Positions 62,296 to 64,000 of a stretch of DNA of 64,000 nucleotides are shown one piece after another; the first letter of the stretch is position 1; the number at the start of each line of letters is the position of its first letter. This DNA is from a virus. The stretch covers positions 1,498-65,497 of IMG/VR virus record IMGVR_UViG_3300041964_000076; one strand, given 5' to 3'. The translations under genes were made by a program, and so were the position numbers. The notes beneath the pieces were generated by a model, which was not told the origin of the DNA, made no database searches, and saw nothing but the letters and a program-made list of their open reading frames with translations.

Positions 62296-64000
62296 ATGCA
62301 TTGGATTGATTCAAGTGAAACTAAACCCTGCCCTGTTTGCGGTCGCACTCACGACGCTGATTGCCAGATAGCGGCTGATGGTTGACCGTACTCTGTCACA
62401 CACGCACTCATCCTGGTTCTAAGGTATCCCAGCCAGCCGATGAAACAAATGGTTTTAAGTTTACAGGCAAGATTGAAACAAATGGTGTGCGCGATCGCGC
62501 GGTCTATACTTTCGCGGTTGATCCTTTCCAAAAGCCAGTACAACCCAAGTCTGAAACGTTTTATTACTACCCCACACTGTCAGGCGAGGATCTGATCCGT
62601 GTAAAGCGGGTTGACTTTGGCAATGGTCAAAAGACCTTTAGCCAGCATTGGTGGAATGGTGAGCAGTGGATCATCCCTAGCAAAAAGCAACCTGATAGTG
62701 CCATTCCAGAAACGATCAAAGCACAAATTCATCTCTATAAAATTACTGAATCGCTCAACCAAAAAGCGATTCAGCAGGGTACTAAATTACTACTGGTTGA
62801 AGGTGAAGCCTTAGTAGACCGATTGCTAGCTTTGGGGATACCTGCTACGAGCGCGATCGGTGGGGGCAAGTCTGGGCAGCTTATGGCGGCAAACATGGCA
62901 ATTATCAAGCCGACTTGAAAAATGCCATTCAGGAAAGCTTAGTGATTTGCCCTGACCGCGATAAAGATGGCATCGCTAGAGGTTTGCAGGTTGCCAGTTT
63001 CTTCCCTCACGCTCAATGGTTGTACGCCAATCCTGACCATTACGCTTGGTCAAACCCTGAATTGGGCAGTGGTTACGACCTGGGTAACTGGCTCGATGAG
63101 TTGACAGCGCAAGGGAAGGATGAGGATGAACTGTTTAACACGGTGATGGGTGCTGTAGAAAAAACAGCCCGAACTTTTAAGCCACTGCCAGAGGTTGAAA
63201 GCAGACCGAAAGCAGTTGAAACACAGCAGCAGCTAAAGCCGAATTTTGAAAGTAAGCCAGATAGCGACTACCCTCACTTCACCGACCTAGAGCCATTAGA
63301 TGAAGTCAAGAACACAACTATTGATGACCATGTGTTCAAACGGATTTTTGAGGCTGGTAAAGGCGATTACAAAGTCATTAACAGCGCTTTTTATAAGTAC
63401 ACAGGTGCAGGCTACTGGGCGCACATTGACGACGAGGTAGTAGAGCAAACGATCGCTAAATACACGCGCAACGCCTACAAAGCTAAACGAAACGAACGGG
63501 GTGAAGTTGTCGCCATTAACTTTCCTTACGCCAAAACAGGTAATGTCAGCAGTGCGTTTAGTTTTTCACGCACGCTGCTTTCTTCCACCCAAAATACTCC
63601 TTATAACAGGCATTTACTCTGCTTCAAAAATTGCACGGTAGATCTTAGAACAGGCGACATTTTGGAGCATAACCAGGATGACATTCTGACCAGCACGATC
63701 GCGGCTGATTACGAACCGGGCTTACCCTGCCCTGATGCTTTTGGTGAGTTTGTTTACGGTGCGTTTGGCGAAGACATTTTTGAGGTCATTCAAGCAGTCA
63801 CCAGTATGCTGCTTGACCCGACTGCACCCTACGGTCAATTCCGCATTTGATTGGTCCGTCTGGTAGCGGCAAAGGCACGTTAATGAGTGTCTGGGAAGAA
63901 ATGTATAGCCAAGACAATGTGCGATCGGCGGCATCACTAAGCGAACTATCGACACCAGAAGGACGCTATCAGAATTTGATGGGCACCAGCCTATTTAAGT
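62296..64000 (+). CDS. Primase-helicase (Zn finger, TOPRIM, D5/P4-alpha-type), frameshifted and truncated by the window end
   Basis: CPVCG...C; VEGE...ICPDRDKDG; FKNCTVDLRTG D5_N; GPSGSGKGT. Confidence 0.85.

Larger units (their letters stand above)
1..64000. mobile_element. Cyanobacterial temperate siphovirus-like phage/prophage segment (boundaries outside window)
   Basis: Terminase, portal, capsid, tail tube, tape measure, endolysin, CI-like repressor, MTases, helicase and primase; no host housekeeping genes. Confidence 0.95.
1..64000. repeat. Dispersed HIP1 octamer GCGATCGC (cyanobacterial highly iterated palindrome)
   Basis: GCGATCGC and its CGATCG core recur throughout coding and non-coding sequence (not counted exactly). 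Confidence 0.9.

Noticed and set aside
1-64000. tRNA/rRNA genes, integrase/att sites, IS elements, photosynthesis AMGs
   Set aside because: None recognised by eye; tRNAscan-SE and the flanking sequence are needed to exclude them.

Overview
The whole window is one bacteriophage genome segment: a siphovirus-like temperate phage (or phage-plasmid) of a cyanobacterium. The host is inferred from very frequent HIP1 octamers (GCGATCGC) and from cyanobacteria-type accessory genes. No integrase, att site, tRNA, rRNA or host gene is visible. Layout: head operon on the minus strand (TerS, PBSX-type TerL, portal, head morphogenesis, scaffold, decoration, capsid; about 0.1-9.5 kb). A divergently transcribed tail operon lies on the plus strand (about 10.6-31 kb), with a tape measure gene of about 8.7 kb, a LamG tail-tip domain and an antisense O-acyltransferase moron. 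A lysis region follows, with a C39-like peptidase flanked by HNH endonucleases (33-36 kb). An accessory region spans 36-50 kb, then an immunity region (50.8-52.4 kb), three DNA methyltransferases, and replication genes (Dda/RecD-like helicase, primase-D5 helicase, truncated by the window end). Almost every long gene is broken by single-base indels. This most likely reflects uncorrected long-read errors, so many calls below join fragments across frames and have approximate coordinates. The most striking content is a set of genes that mimic host signalling and surface functions: (1) an EAL phosphodiesterase translationally coupled to a diguanylate cyclase whose N-terminus is an ETR1-type ethylene-binding domain; (2) a type IV pilin; (3) a PatX-like secreted HRGTGR peptide; (4) a second secreted GGGTR peptide; (5) an FtsK/Tra-like ATPase with membrane partners next to a helically phased repeat array. 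Also present are an RLIG1/DUF5565-like RNA ligase, a stand-alone CysRS C-terminal-like domain and a C5 methyltransferase with a nested second ORF.
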